A stretch of 64,000 nt of DNA. Source: the human T2T-CHM13v2.0 reference genome, Homo sapiens. Below are positions 30,540 through 48,201 of this stretch, piece by piece (the first letter of the stretch is position 1; each line of letters opens with the position of its first letter). Under the pieces are notes generated by a model. That model was not told the origin of the DNA and made no database searches. It saw only the letters and a list, made by a program, of their open reading frames with translations. The DNA lies in NCBI RefSeq assembly GCF_009914755.1, contig NC_060933.1. The stretch is one strand, 5' to 3'. The position numbers and the translations under genes are program-made.

Positions 30540-30990
30540 AACTACAACCCACAAAAGGTGGAAACCACTCAAATGTTCATCACCAGACAAATGGATAAAT
30601 ACCAGTGACATATCCATACAACAAAATACTACTCAACAATAAAAAGGAATAAAGTATTGATACTTGTTACAACACGGACAAATCTTGAAAATATTATGCT
30701 AAGTGAAACAAGCCAGACACAAAAGGCCCCATGTTATGTAATTCCAAAATATCCATGATAGGCAAATCCATATAGACAGAAAGTAGATGAGTGATTTCCA
30801 GGGGCTGGGGGAAGAAAGGAATAAGGATGAACTTCCAATCAGTACAAGTTTCTTTCTGGGGTGATAAAAATGTTTTAGAATTAGACAGTGGTGATAGTTG
30901 CACAACCTTAGGAATATATTTTTTAAAATTCATTGAACTGTACATTGTAAAATGGTGAATTTTATAGTATGTGAATTATATTTCAATAAT
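30540..30990 (+). mobile_element. Old L1 (L1MB/ME-like) 3' end
   Basis: aaatgttcatca...tatgctaagtgaaa.aagccagacacaaaagg...gtgaattttatagtatgtgaattatatttcaataa. Confidence 0.85.
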
Positions 30991-31425
30991 TATATGCATA
31001 CATACATCCCAGTTATGTTTTAATAATTTTGCTTAAAATATTAGTTAAGTCAGTCCTAGATGAACAAAGAATATATGAAAGTCATACGAGATATTCACTA
31101 TGATTAAATAAGTAATAAAGATATGTCTTGCCATCAGAGCTTCAAAGGAATTTTTAAGTATCAGATTAGTTTTGAATTTATGAATAGCAAGTGGTTTGAA
31201 AGACAATTTAAGAATGCAATAAGCATCAACAATCATTAACCTTCTATATTCTAATAAATATTGAAAATGAATTTACTGTATGATGTTTTGTTCTGGCAAT
31301 TTAACCATGGTATTACTAATTCAGACTAAGGGAAAGGCAAAATTACAGAGCTCCCCTTAAAAACTTCTTTTGTATATCAGGGTGGATCAATGACTACCCA
31401 TACCATTAAACAAATGAACTCTTAC

Positions 31426-31601
31426 CATAAATTCGGAGGGCAGTAGCTTGTAAACTTTTTAGTAATTCTTTATTTGCTCGTGCTGCAGCGGTATGAATGA
31501 TATCGATAAGCTGTGTAGAGAGCTCAGGATTTCGGGAGCCAAGATGAGCAAGTTGCAATGGTAAGCCAGCCAGCCAACGGGATAACACTTTACTACGATA
31601 T
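31426..31601 (-). CDS. TEX10: TEX10 exon 8
   Basis: ctttctaag|A (AAG acceptor) and ATG|gtaaga; [20 protein letters not shown]...ALRIY; 176 nt. Confidence 0.92.
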
Positions 31602-32778
31602 CTTAGAAAGGCCAAAGAAGAATAAAATGTAATACTCAAAGACAAGGGAAATAAATTTAAACAAAAAAAAAATTTTTTTTTAACTTAAATATATCACAAA
31701 GTGACTAATTATGTATCAATAATACCACATTTATTCATTTAAACATTTGAGAACCTACAAGATGCCAGCATCATTTTCCAAGGCTTTACCCACTAAATTA
31801 ATGTTAACTGGGGCAGTATCTAAATTGTATTTTTATTTTGAAGGATAGAGACACTTAACTATTTATCCTAATCGGTGTTATTATACTATATTAACAAATG
31901 TACACATTCACCATAAGTTGCTCCCATACAAAATAGCTTCAAACTTGTGCTATTTTTATTTCTTTAGAATACTTGCTGGAGTGTAAATGTCTTGAATAAC
32001 AGTGAACATTTTCACTAGGTCCCCTGAAAGGCTGGTGATTCTATCATGGACTTTGCTGTCAAGATAGACCTGAACTTAAGTCTCAGCTCTGCTATACATT
32101 AGCTACATAATACTCACCAATTTATTTATTTTCTGCTTCCTTCTGTAAAATGGAAGCTAACAGTATCCACCTCACAGTAGCAGTATGAAGATTATTGAGA
32201 TTATGTAAAGTAACTTGGCTTAAAGTAAATACCAGAATACGTTACAACAACTACCTATATATGTTGAGGTATCCCAAATCTGTATCTTCCTCTCAAACAT
32301 TTCTGACTATGCCAAATAAACCTCAAACTCACCTTATTGAAAAATTCCTTAGTCCACTCTTTTGTTGTCTCTCTCTGATAGCACTAAACTAAGCCAGAAA
32401 CTTTCTCATCTTCTATTGCCCTCACTCTTATCCCATATGCCTCAATATGTCACTAATGGCTAGAGATTCAACCTCCGTAATTTTTATGGGAGGGGAAGAG
32501 AAAGGGCTGAGGTTGTTCCAACTGTCCCTTAGCTATAAGTGGACAGGTAGAAATGCATGCCTAAGCAGTCTTTTATCTGTTCAGATATGGGTATAAAGTT
32601 TACTGGCACTATTACGTATGCATCTTTTAAAATTTTATACCATTTCTTAAATGCAAACAAGTAGGATTAAAAAGAATGAACTTCTCCAAAGATTTAATCT
32701 CTCTAAAATTATTTAAATACTTAGACTACAGAAAAACTCAGCAAGAGAAAAAAGAAAGGAAAAATAACAAGATTTTAC

Positions 32779-32914
32779 CTGAATCTACAAGATCTCAGTT
32801 CTTCTGTCTGATAGATTTTACTGAAAAACTTCAATAACAAAGTCCGAACTGGAAGGATAAGGCCCCTCTGCTGATATAATGTATAAACTGCCTTAATAAG
32901 AGTCTCTGTGTCCT
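32779..32914 (-). CDS. TEX10: TEX10 exon 7
   Basis: tttgtag|AG and CAG|gtaaaa; [30 protein letters not shown]...CRF; 136 nt. Confidence 0.93.
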
Positions 32915-33569
32915 CTACAAACAGAAAGAAAACAACTTGCATATGAATCAAAAAATGTTTAACAGCCCCCAAATTCCTCTGAATGCACCGAAGTACTTTA
33001 CTTTCTTCCTATGGCAAAGCCAATTTTAGCCACAAATAGACAACTACCATTGAAGTCCTATAGCAATAGCCTAATAAAAAAGTCAAACCAATCAGTAGTT
33101 ACAGTATAAATTTTCTTAACAACAAACCTAGGAATGACAAAAACCAGAATATTAGAAAGGCGATTTAGATGGGAACCAAATAGGAAAACTTTGTTTTAAA
33201 ATCAAAGAATTAGTAAGTCACTCTAAAACTGACTTAATATAACTTAACCTTAAGCTAGAAAAAAGGTAAAGAGACAGGGAAGATTCATGCCATATCAATC
33301 AAGGGAAAAAGTTCTCAAGTTCTAGCCAAACTAGATCAGAAGAGGGTAGAAATCTTTATCAATCTGCTTCAGAGTGGACCTACCCACTTAGAGATACTCT
33401 GAGCCATAAACAATTTCAGTGTTCAAGTAGACAGTAGCTACCTTTTATGGCTTGAATACAATTAGCCTGACTACATGGAATGTTTACAAGCCATCATTTC
33501 AAAGCTAGACCTTAAGATAGCACATGTAAGAGCTCCACTCTTAAATAAGGGCAAAGTAGCATCACCTAC

Positions 33570-33808
33570 CTCTGTTTGGCTGTATTTGCATTAACCTCCA
33601 GGATACTCCCAGCAATCTGTTCAGTTGCTTACTATTTAGCCTAGAGCCATCTTCAAGGGTCTCTGTTACAAATTTCCTTATCATTTCTATCCAACTGCAA
33701 TCCTTCTGCAAAGTTGACGCATTTGCCAGGGAGACCATGATATCAGACAGTGTTAAATTCAGTAAGAGATGATCTATGTTATTGGAGAGAACTGTGCAAT
33801 GCTTGATG
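33570..33808 (-). CDS. TEX10: TEX10 exon 6
   Basis: tttctag|C and GAG|gtaggt; [27 protein letters not shown]...QIQPNR; 239 nt. Confidence 0.93.
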
Positions 33809-34472
33809 CTAGAAACAAAGACACACACATCTATAAAGCATTACGTCTACCATGCCTGCTTCATTAGAATACTTAAAATAATCTATCAATGGAGTTTTAA
33901 AAAATTCCCTTCTAGAATTAATAGATGGCCAAGAAGATAGGTGCATAGGCAAGACTTAGGCCACAGTTCTATAAATAAACCATTTCATTATGGAATCAGA
34001 GTTGTTAAGAAGGTACAGAGTGTATACAGCTCAATTCATTACTCAAGGTGCTATTCACACAAAATGTAAATGCCCTTATAATATTGCCTGGGAACTTGAA
34101 AAATAAGACTTAAAAACCCTGACACACCTGATTTAAGGCAGATGCTTATATTTGGATGGAAATCACAGTAGATCTTGGCTCTGCTTTTAACTAATCATCT
34201 GACTTAAAAGAATCACTAGTCTTTCCTGGCCATAACTTTCTCACATGTGAAATAAGGAGACATACCCCGGTAAGCACTGATTTGAAACAATTTTATAATT
34301 CACATATTAATATCAGTTTATTCACTCTAGCCAAACAAAACACAATTTCAAAAAATCTAAAATAAAATATTTTAATAAAAACAAAATTTGCAACTTAGAA
34401 CATACTCATTTCAGACTGTGGTATATTCAACAGCAGAGCTTATTTCTTTCATGTTTAGAAAAACATAAAGCT

Positions 34473-35092
<620 letters not shown>

Positions 35093-36178
35093 ACATGTAA
35101 ATTTGACTAAAGCCATAAATATCTCAAGCCAATCAATTTTAAAGGAAAAGATTAATCCTAGTTAGTCTTGAGCAAGGGCACAGTAGTGAGGAACCACAAA
35201 TACATGAGAAGGGAAATAAAAGAAATCTGGCATTATCAAGCATCAAATGTTAAGACCCGGAACGACAAATGAGCCTGGAAAGGTAAAATGAAACCAGGTT
35301 ACAAAGAGCCAGAGGCTAAAGACATCAAAATTAATTGTGTAAGCAAGGGAATAACATGGTTGCAAGCTTCTTTCAGAGACATGATTGTGTGGATACGAAA
35401 AGGACAATGAGTTACAGCCTATAAACAAAGAAGCAGCACTCCAGACAAGAGATGGCAAGTCCAAGAACCAGGGTCAATACTGGTATGAACTGGGAGAAGG
35501 AGAGCATTTACAAAGAAGAAAAATTAGCCAGATTTGAAATATGCTTAAATATATACAAATATGTGAGTCTGAAGATGGTGGAGACAGGAGGAGTAATCAT
35601 TAAGGGTTCTAACAGTAGTGACTAAATTCAGAGATGATGAAGAAAAAGGGGCAGAGAGATCTAGAAATTAATTCTACGTTGGATATGTTGAGCCTAAAGT
35701 ATCATAATCAAATCCAGACGGAGATGGCCAACAGATAATTCAATGTACAAGTCTGACACTGGAAGAAGTCTGAGCTATTTAATAGAAATTACCCATATGA
35801 CTGCTCCTAGCTGCAAAGAAAACTGGGAAATCTGTTTTTTATTTTGTGTAGTGATACATTCAGATGAAAATTAAGAATCCTATCATTAAGAAAAGAGACA
35901 GTAAACACTGGGATAGAATTGCAACATTTCTTCCCCACAGGTAGAGCTTTGGAAAATTTACCGTAAGTTTATCTCAGGCAGCATAATCTATTACAATCCG
36001 GAAAGTCTCAATGGACATCTGCAAACTTGGGAGAGTTCCTTCTGCTCCTCCAATAACATATACAGAAATTTCAAAGACTAAATATACCAACCAACAATTC
36101 TAGGAGGAAGGCAGATCTCTGATGAAACTTTAACTTCCAGTAAAGGTAGTATAGGTAATTATAATATTGCTCAAAACA

Positions 36179-36561
<383 letters not shown>

Positions 36562-36640
36562 CTAAGGCAACCTTTTAGTGGCCCCACAAGAAAAGAAAGT
36601 CAAAAGTCAAAGCCTAGGGCCTACCAAGACATTCCTACCT

Positions 36641-36900
36641 GTTTTTTGTTTTTTTGTTTTTGAGACAGAGTGTTGCTCTGTCACCCAGGCTGGAGTGCAG
36701 TGGCACGATCCTCCCACCTCGGCCTCCCGGGTAGCTGGGATTACAGGAACATGCCACCACACCCAGCTAATTTTGTATTTTTAGTAGAGATGGGGCTTCA
36801 CCATGTTGTCCAGGCTGGTCTGTAACTCCTGACCTCAAGTGATCCACCCGCCTCGGCCTCCAAAAGGGCTGGGATTACAGGTGTGAGCCACTGTGCCCGG
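36641..36900 (-). mobile_element. Alu with internal deletion
   Basis: Reverse Alu lacking part of the right arm; TSD acat(t/c)cctacct. Confidence 0.9.
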
Positions 36901-37024
36901 ACAACATCCCTACCTTAAGCTTGGCCCTTAAAGGTTTCTCTCCCAGGAAAGTAAAAATAAGTCAAGATAAACCTGAATCCTAGTTCTGCATCATTCTAGC
37001 AGTTTAAGGAATAATTCTTCCTAA

Positions 37025-38170
37025 ACTAATCTATAGATAGATTCAACACAATCCAAATCAAATTTCTAGCAAGCTATTTTGTAATTGTTGACAAAATGAT
37101 TCTGAAGTCTATATGGAAAGGTCAAAGACCCAGAATACCAAACATAAGACTAAAGCAAAACAAGCTGGGCATGGTGGCTCATGCCTGTAATCCCAACGCT
37201 TTGGGAGGCTAAGGCGGGAGGATCCCTTGAGCCCAGTTCAAAATCAGCCTGGACAACATAAGAAGACCCCATCATAAAAAAAAAAAAAAAAAAAACCACA
37301 ACAAAAAAATGCACTAAAGCAAAACAAAGCTGGAAGACTCACACTCCCCATTTTCAAGACTCCCAATAAAGCTACAATAAGCAAGATAAGATGGTATTGG
37401 TGAAACAATAAACATACATAAATTAATGGAACACAGTCCCAAAACGGACCCATGAAAATAGTCAACTGAACTTTGACAAATGAGCAAAGGAAATTTAATG
37501 GATAAAGTACAGTCTTTCCAATGAACGGTGATAGAACAACTGGAAAGAATTCTAGAATTGAAAAATAAAAAATGAAAATTCAATGGACTTATGTTTGACT
37601 ACAACTGAATACAACTAAAGAATTAAAAACTGGAAGAGATAAAAGATTAAAAAATAGGTGGAGGATTCAGTAAGTAGATGTAACATGCATTAAATTGGTC
37701 TTGAAAGGGAAGAAGAGAAATTGGCAAATGTTTAAAAGATAATACGTTTTTCAGAAGCGATGAAAAGACATTTCATTCAAGATTCAAGATCTCAGATATC
37801 CACTAAATCCCAAGCAGAATAAACAGAAAAGAAAATCACACCTGGATACATCACTGTGAAATTGCAGAAAATGAAAGACAAGAAGAAAAACTTTAGGGGG
37901 AAAAAAAAAACACAGATAACTCTTAAAGTATCAACAGTTAAGACTCATAGCTGACTTCTTAACAATAGAAACCAGGACACAGTAAAATATTATTGTCAGT
38001 GTGCTCAAAGAAAATAACTGCCAAATCTATAATATTAACCCTGCTAAAACATTCTTCAGAAATGCGAGAGAAATACATTTTTATGGGGGGAGAAAAAAAC
38101 GAACTAAAGAAGACTCTAAATGATCCCAGGGAGGACTGAGATACATGAAAAACATGAAGAGCAAAAAGGT
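37025..38170 (+). mobile_element. Old L1 fragments (ORF2 piece then ORF1-like piece) with FLAM monomer at 37163-37294
   Basis: L1 ORF2 motifs (tatagatagattcaacacaatccaaatcaaa, aaagctggaagactcacactcc) and ORF1-like (cacctggatacatcactgtgaaattgcag). Confidence 0.75.
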
Positions 38171-38304
38171 AGTAAATCTAAGGACAGAATTCACAGTGGT
38201 AGACAGAAGTTTACTAAAGTATCAATTTTTGCTTGAAAGCTCAAATTTTATCATTGGCAACAAATGCCATTTGTTTTCCTGGAACTGATAGGCTCATTTT
38301 GTTC

Positions 38305-38603
38305 TTTTTTTTTTTTTTCCTGAGACAGAGTCTCACTCTGTCACCCAGGCCAGAGTACAGTGGCACTATCTTGGCTCACTGCAACCTCCACCTCTGGGCT
38401 TCAAGTGATTCTCCCACCTCAGGCTCCCAAGTATCAGGGGTTACAGTTGTGCGCCACCACACTTGGCTGATTTTTGTATTTTTAGTAAAGACAGGGTTTC
38501 GCCACGTTGGCCAGGCCAGTCTCGAACCCTTGATCTCAGGTGATCTGCCCACCTTTGCCTCCCAAAGTGCTGGGATTACAGGCGTGAGCCACCGCGCCTG
38601 GCC
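38305..38603 (-). mobile_element. Alu (AluS)
   Basis: Reverse dimer. Confidence 0.95.
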
Positions 38604-38767
38604 AGTCACTTTGTTCATTTTTGTGAAAACATGTGCCAAACACCCAAATCTGAATAACCACAGTTTGTCAGTCATTTTTTTTCAAGTTAAAATCTAGTCC
38701 ATTCCAGGAAAATACAAGTAAGAAATTCCCACAGGGCTATTTCCTTGAGACAATCATAGTTCTTTGA

Positions 38768-39137
<370 letters not shown>

Positions 39138-39541
39138 ACAAGGGTCATGACTTAATACAATTATTTATGTTTACTGCTTATTCAGGACCTTCTTAAGTGA
39201 AACTGGCTTGTTTTTTTTTCAACTGTGAGTGTATGGTGGTAAAGAATACATGTCTACTAGTATAGTTTGGTGCCACTGCCTTAATTCAGCCTAAGATACT
39301 AACAGTTTTACCCACCATTGCTTTCGTATCATTAGTGCAAATGTCAAAACAATGAAAAATGCAAAGCATGTCCTTTTTTTTTTTGAGATAGATGGTGATG
39401 ATCACACAATATTGTGAAAGTACTTAATGCCACTGAACTGTACACTTAAAAAGTGGTTTAAATGGTTAATGTTATATATATTTTACCCCAATAAAAATAA
39501 ATTATATCATTTTTAACTCTGTATTTCAACCTGAGATTTTA

Positions 39542-39889
<348 letters not shown>

Positions 39890-39890
39890 T

Positions 39891-40412
39891 TAGGGGTCCC
39901 CAACCCCTGGCCATAGACTGGCACCAGTCCGCGGCCTGTTAGGAACCAGGCCACACAGCAGGAGGTGAGCGGCAGGCAAATGAAGATTGTTCTGTATTTA
40001 CAGCTGCTCCCCATTGCTCACATTACTGCCTGAGCTCTGCCTCCTGTCATATCAGTAGTGGCATTCGATTCTCATAGGAGCATGAACCCTATTGTGAACT
40101 GTGCATGCGAGGGATCTACGTTGCATGCTCCTTATGAGAATCTAACACCTGAAGATCTGTCACTGTCTCCCATCACCCCCAGATAAGACTGTCTAGTTGC
40201 AGGAAAACAAGCTCAGGGCTCCCACTGATTCTACATTATGGTAAACTGTAAAACTGTTTCATTACGTATTACAATGTAATAATAGAAATAAAGCGCACAA
40301 TAAATGTAATGCACTTGAATCATCCCAAAAACCAAGCCTCCCACCTCAGGTCCATGGAAACATTGTTTTCCATGAAACTAGTCCCTCATAGCAAAATGGT
40401 TGGGGACCGTTG
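39891..40412 (+). mobile_element. MER1A (hAT-Charlie), near full length
   Basis: TIRs (t)aggggtccccaac / gttggggaccgttg; 8-bp TSD tcctagat / gcctagac. Confidence 0.9.
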
Positions 40413-41627
40413 GCCTAGACCACTGTTGACTTCCCTAACTGTGATTTGTGCTGCTGTTCACAGGCTATTTGCTGAGTATTTAATGCATTTACTTAAGAGT
40501 AGCCTGTAGGCTCCCCAAAAATCAATCATGAGGGGGGAATCTTTTGAAAAGTAGGTCACACTGGCAATCCATCTTTGCTAAAAATCCCTCAATTTCATCA
40601 TCTCAACCTCCTCATAAAGTTAATTCCTTTTCTTTTTTCCCATTTATATCTCAGCACGCTGTCACTTCCATCAGGGCAGCCTTCTCTAAGATGGTCCTCC
40701 CCTCATGAAAGATCAGGACCAACTCTTTGTTACATACTCCTGTATTAACCTAAGCTCTTCCTTCACTATATCTATCACAATCAGTCACTGATTAAAGAAT
40801 CAAGTGAAATAAATGTCTTTTTCATTAGACCGTACTCCATGAGAGCTGGTACTCTACCTATTTCCTTTACCATGAAATGCTCAGCAACTAGTACAATAAG
40901 TGCCTTGCACATAAGAGTCCAATAAATTTCTTGAATGATGATATGCTGATACATTTTTCAATAACTTATTTACACTGAAGTCTACTAAATCCTAAACATC
41001 TAAACCACAATTTAATCACATTTTGATGAAAATTATACATGGAATGCCTTATTTGAAAAAATACACATACATATAATTCTCCATCAATACTTTGAGAGTT
41101 CATGGATTTTCTGAAGCTTACCTATGAATCCCAGAAGAAAAACTCTAATAAGAAAATTGTATGGGGGGAAAAAGTCTAACATCTTGCTCAATAAAGTGTC
41201 TCTTTGATTCTGTCCCCTCAACTCCAGAAGCTCCCTAAAACAGTTCTGACTGAACCAAAAGTCTTCAATGCCAAAAGGATCTGAAAGATGAACTCCTGAG
41301 TCAAGAAACGGCTTCCACATCAAGGCCAGTGAAGAGCAGAAATCAGACTGGACCCAGATCCACGCTCTCCATCCATTTCCTAATCCTGTAGCTTTCTTGT
41401 ATGCTATCTCCTCTAGTTACAAAAGTCTCATCCCTTGCATTTCTGCCTCCTGAAACCATATCCACGTTCATACCCAGTTCAAATACTACTCTTCAATTTA
41501 GCTTTGTCTGTTTATCCTAATAAGCAGTTATCTGTCTCTTCCTATGAATTCTTATAGCACTTAGTTGTATAGTTCTAATGATACTTTTATACTGCTTTGT
41601 GTTACATATGTAAATATACACATGTAA

Positions 41628-42578
<951 letters not shown>

Positions 42579-42610
42579 ATTCTTTTATGATTCAGAATAT
42601 AATTGCTTAA

Positions 42611-42884
42611 GGCTGGGTACAGTGGCTCATGCCTATAATTACAGCACTTTGGGAGGCTGAGGTGGGCAGATCACTTGAGGTCGGGAGTTCAAGACCAGCC
42701 TGGCCAATATGGTGAAACCCTGTCTCTACTAAAAATACAAAAATTAATCAGGCATGGTGGTGAACACTTGTAATCCCAGCTACTTGGGAGGCTGAGGCAG
42801 CAGGATCACTTGAACCCAGGAGGCAGAGGTTGCAGTAAGCTGAGATGGTGCCACAGCCTGGGAAACAGAGTGAGACTCCATCTC

Positions 42885-42913
<29 letters not shown>
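42611..42913 (+). mobile_element. Alu (AluS) with long A tail
   Basis: Full dimer. Confidence 0.95.
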
Positions 42914-42914
<1 letters not shown>

Positions 42915-42916
<2 letters not shown>

Positions 42917-43025
42917 TATATATATATATACATATATATATACACATATTTGTTTTTTATATATATTTATATATTATATATAATATACATTTTTATATAT
43001 TTATATATATTTATATATATTTATA
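42915..43025. repeat. (TA)n / AT-rich low-complexity tract
   Basis: Degenerate TA repeats after the Alu tail. Confidence 0.9.
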
Positions 43026-43895
43026 AAACTGCTTAGGAGGGCAAGGTACAAGGCTTAAAAAATCTGATCCTCTCTATCACAATACTTTGTTCTACCCTGT
43101 TCACAGTAAGCAACCAAAACAAATATTTAGTGCATGAATGAAAAACTCTTATGCCTGAAATAGCTGTATTGCTTCCAAGCATATTCTCTGAACCCTGCTC
43201 AAAAAACCTCAATGATTCTCTAGCTAATGTATTCCCTTTGATAAAAGAGCCTTTGACAGATTTTAAGATCCCTTGCAAGTGTATGCTCATTTACGGGAAC
43301 TACAGTATTAGTATTTTAGCTTGTACCTGCTTGTCAAATTTTATTACATAACTTGTTCTCACATTTATCTGCTCTTACTTGAGGTAGACATTTTAAATAA
43401 TTTCTAGGCTTACTTTTTTTTTTTTAACTTTCACCTTCTAATCAATTACCTTTTATTTCTGATTTTTCTCCAATTACCCTCCTTCCTTCGGGATACTGAT
43501 ATTAGTTTCAATACCAGGTTCCTCATGTATAAATGAGAGTGGAACTAGATGATCATCAAGATATTCTCTTGCTTAAGAGGTTCAATAATCACACAGTGCC
43601 TCACCCAAATAAACCATACACCTTGGCAATTTTATTAAATTCGTATTTACATAAGCTGATACATTCATCTAGCACAAAAAAACCATTTTACAGACTAAAA
43701 AATAAAAATAAAATGTTAATCCCAAGGTTCAAACTCACTTGTCCAAAAATCAGCCATATTACTACTTTTATTTTCACAAAATCTAGACATAAATACACAG
43801 CAGTGTAGAAAGTTCCATATTAAGGTTAATTACTTCCTGATAATTTCAGGTTAAACAGCTTTTCAAGGTTATACAGTGAAAAAGAATCATAATAC

Positions 43896-44008
43896 CTTTT
43901 ATTTGGCTCTTTCCTTTTGTGCTTGGTTATTTCTTTTAAGACATATGGAAAACGACTCATAAAATGGTGTTTAAAATCAATAAGGTAGTTCTTTCGAAGC
44001 CATGACTC
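43896..44008 (-). CDS. TEX10: TEX10 exon 5
   Basis: tttcaatag|GAG and AAG|gtatta; [37 protein letters not shown]; 113 nt. Confidence 0.93.
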
Positions 44009-44520
44009 CTATTGAAATAGCAAAGATTAGAAAAATCTACAAGAAAAAATGTAAAATAAGCAATAAAACTTGAAGAGAAATGACAACTTGTCAAATAAAT
44101 TCCCATCATAATTCACTTTCTACCAGTAATATAATATGTAAATAAATTTAAAAATCAGAATTAACTGTTAAAGCACCCACTTTTCATCTATAGATCCTTT
44201 TGGTGCTTAATAACTATTTACTTGCATTCTGTCTGCTGCTTAAGAGAGAAAAAGTGAAAGTATCTGAGACTTAAGAAAATTCTGAATTTGGACTACTAAT
44301 GCAATGTTTATGAAATATACAAGAAAGTCTTTCTCCCTGATGTTCTGTCTACACCATAACTCTATTCTCCAGCAATTCCATTATTTAACAATTTCACAAA
44401 GCAATGCATTTACTTAAAATGCTTCAGTAGTATTGGTGAATTTATCATTTCCCTCCTATGGAAACACTGTCTTTCTAATTCCAAATTAGAATATTCTTTA
44501 TTTCCTCTTATCCAAGGTAA

Positions 44521-44928
<408 letters not shown>

Positions 44929-44949
44929 TAGTATCTTTACTGGGTTCTC

Positions 44950-46255
44950 TTCTTCCTGACTTCTAAACGTTTGGATCTGCCCAGTAATAATACTTGAATC
45001 ATTTCTGCCTGAGCTCCAGATTTTATATGCAAATACATACTTGACACTTCCTCTTCAACTTCTGACAAGCATCTTAAAACTTAACATGAATAAAACCAAA
45101 TTCTCCCTGCCAAATGACTTTCTTTCTCATTTGGGCGATGTAACACTGGCATCATCCTTGACTCCTCTTTCCTTCATTATACATACCAACAGTCTGGCTG
45201 GCTTTACCTAGATCCAGCTAGTTCTCATCATTTCAACCACTAGATACCCGGCCACCATCATCTTTTACTTGGATTACTGCAATAGCCTCCTAACCAGTCT
45301 GCCTGTTTCTCCTCTTATCCTCCAAAAGTCAATTCCCCACACAGCAGCCAGGGTGATCTTTTAAAACATAAATCGTGTTTCAAAATGATACAGGAAGGGG
45401 GAAAGGAAACGAAATGTATATACATGTAGGACAGGACTGGTCATCCAAGAGATGATGGTTGCTAGAGTTAGACTGTGAGCACCTGGGAGTTCACTAGTGT
45501 TCTATTTTTATAAATTCAGCACATTAAAGTTAAATAAATATAATGCAGATCATGCCACTCCTCTGCTCAAAACCCTCCAGTGGTCTTTTCGCCACACTCA
45601 GGTTAAAATCCAAACTCCTTACCAGGGACCACAGAGTCCCACATGATCTGGCCACTATCACTCTTCTTCGCCCCCATCTTCTACCATTCTCCCAGTACCT
45701 CATTTGCACAGGCCTTCCTGCCATTCTTCAAATATGCGAAGCCTGTTCTCACCTCAAAGCCATTGTACTTGCTGTTTCCTATGCCTGAATGTTCTTCCCA
45801 CAGATGTTGACAAGACTTGCTCCTTCACTTCAATGACATTCAGATATCTTATTCTCAGAGAGCATTTGACAACCTATCTAAAATAGCTCCCCCTCACTGT
45901 TCCTGCCCATGCTCTTTATACCCCATTTTACTTTCATCTTTCTTCCTAGTACTGACATTATATATTTGTTTACTGTCTATAGATCCCACCAGAAGGTACA
46001 TACCATGAGGGCAAGCACCTTATCAACCATGTTTATCTCTGTAGCCCCAGAGTCTAGAATAGTACTATTCAAAAGACCTTTCTGTAATGATCAAACTGTT
46101 CTATATCTATCTGCACTGTCCAATATAGTAACCACTACCCACATGTAGCTGTTGAGCACTTGAAATGTGGCTAGGGTTACTGAGGAATTGAATTTTAAAT
46201 TTTAATTAATTTAAGTAGCCATTATTTATTGATGCCCAATAAAGCTTTGAATAAA
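44950..46255 (+). mobile_element. L2 remnant with MER3-like insert (~46050-46220)
   Basis: L2 motifs ttggattactgcaatagcctcctaac and cacagcagccagggtgatcttttaaaac; MER3-like gcactgtccaatatagtaaccact. Confidence 0.75.
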
Positions 46256-46503
46256 TGCCTTATAAAGTATGACTGCATTAGTGTTTGGTTACAAACTCTA
46301 ACCCTCACAGCAAAAGGATAAAAGCAATGAGACACACACGTAGAGAAAAAGTAGCAAGCAAGTCAAGCATTAAATGCAAAGCTAAGACACAATTTTTATA
46401 ACATAATACTGACCCTGACACTACTAATACAGTACCCTAAAAACCACAGTAAATCAAAAAGCTAATGTTAAACTGTAATTTCATTTTAAAAACTAGCTAT
46501 ATC

Positions 46504-46804
46504 GGCCGGGCGCGTTGGCTCATGCCTGTAATCCCAGCACTTTGGGAGGCTGAGACAGGTAGATCACGAGGTCAGGAGATCGAGACCATCCTGGCTGACA
46601 CGGTGAAACTCCGTCTCTACTAAAAATACAAAAAAAATTAGCTGGGCATAGTGGCAGGCGCCTGTAGTCCCAGATACTTGGGAGGCTGAGGCAGGAGAAT
46701 GGCGTGAACTCGGGAGGTGAGCCAGGATCGCGCCACTGCACTCCAGCCTGGGCGACTGAGTGAGACTCCGTCTCCAAAAAAAAATAAATAAAAATAAATA
46801 AAAA
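46504..46804 (+). mobile_element. AluY-like with small deletion
   Basis: gagatcgagaccatcctggct, gagaatggcgtgaac; TSD aaaactag(c/t)tatatc. Confidence 0.92.
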
Positions 46805-48201
46805 CTAGTTATATCAAGGATATAGCTAGCTAACTATTAAGAATACATACAGTAGTAGTTCAACATGTGCACAAAATGTTAGAAATTGCTGCAACTAGAT
46901 GGGGGTAGGCAAGTGCTTATTGTATTCCTTCTGAAGGTTTGACTTTAAAATAAAAAAGATAGGTAAGGGAATGCAAAAAAAAAAAAGAAAGAAAGAAAAG
47001 AAAAATAGTGCCAAGGTAATCAAATGTAAAACAACAATCTTTTCAACAAATAGTGCTGGAATAAATGGCTGTTTATATGAACAGGAAAAAAAAAAGATAC
47101 ACACAGTATTTCAGAAATAAACAACTTCAGTTGATTATTACAGAATCTGACTATTCAGCCACTGCATGTAAGACTTAATGTACCCTGAGACTTCTTTTCA
47201 AAGTAAGGATCAAAGCTTCAAATTACTAAAAAGTTTAAAAAAAAAAAAAAACTACCTGAATACAAGTGAAATTTCTTGACTTTTTGTAAATACTAGCAAA
47301 CTAAATGCATTAAGCTGCAGCACCAACATGTAAAAGCAAACAGTCAGTAGTCCTAAGACTATATCTAACCGAGACATCAATTTACCAATAGAAAAATCTA
47401 TACAGTTTCTGAGAGAAAAAGAGTTACAATTCAGCTTGTGGTGTGTGATCTGACATCAATGCCAAGCAATGCTATTTGGTTCCTCCTAAAGATTAGGCTG
47501 TGGCCAGGCAAAGAGGCTCATGCCTGTAATCTCAACACTTTGGGAGGCCAAGGTGCAAGGATATTTAAGGCCAGAAGTTCAAGACCAGAATGTGCATTTT
47601 AATGTCATTTTGTATAGAATGCTACTAACAATCTATCATTTTGTATAGATTGTACCAATGATGTACATTTTTATACTCTGTCTCTAAGATAATGGTTCCT
47701 TTTTAAAAAATAAATAAATAAATAATGGTTCTTATCAAGTTATTACAAATCTGCCAAGGTGAATTAGAGCATTCTACCAGTGGATGTTTTTAAATATTAT
47801 TCCTATCTGAATTTATTTATTTCAGCTTTATACAGTATCTCAATTTGTATTCTGATCTTCAACAGTCTACGCAGTCTTTTAAACTTACCATTATATGTTA
47901 ATGAGCTGCTAATAAGCCTAGTCATGTTATAATAGCACAAAATAGTTCTAAAGCATACTATTTTAAATATCCATAAAACTAAAGCAGTATTTAGATCCTT
48001 TGTTAGTGTTATCCAGATAAGATGACCCAAAACTAGCATAATTAATAAATTTTCAGATTTTGAATTTTGGTCCTACTAGTCTATCTAAATACAAATGCTA
48101 CTAACAAAGCAGTAACAAAAGTTTACTAGTGCTTATATGTAATCAAACACCGAAGAAGCTTGGAATTTTTACTTCTTGGCTCTCTAAAAATGAAAAAACT
48201 A

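Noticed and set aside
33562-33570. Tandem donor gtag|gtgat after TEX10 exon 6
   Set aside because: Common 4-nt shifted donor pattern; no sequence evidence of use.
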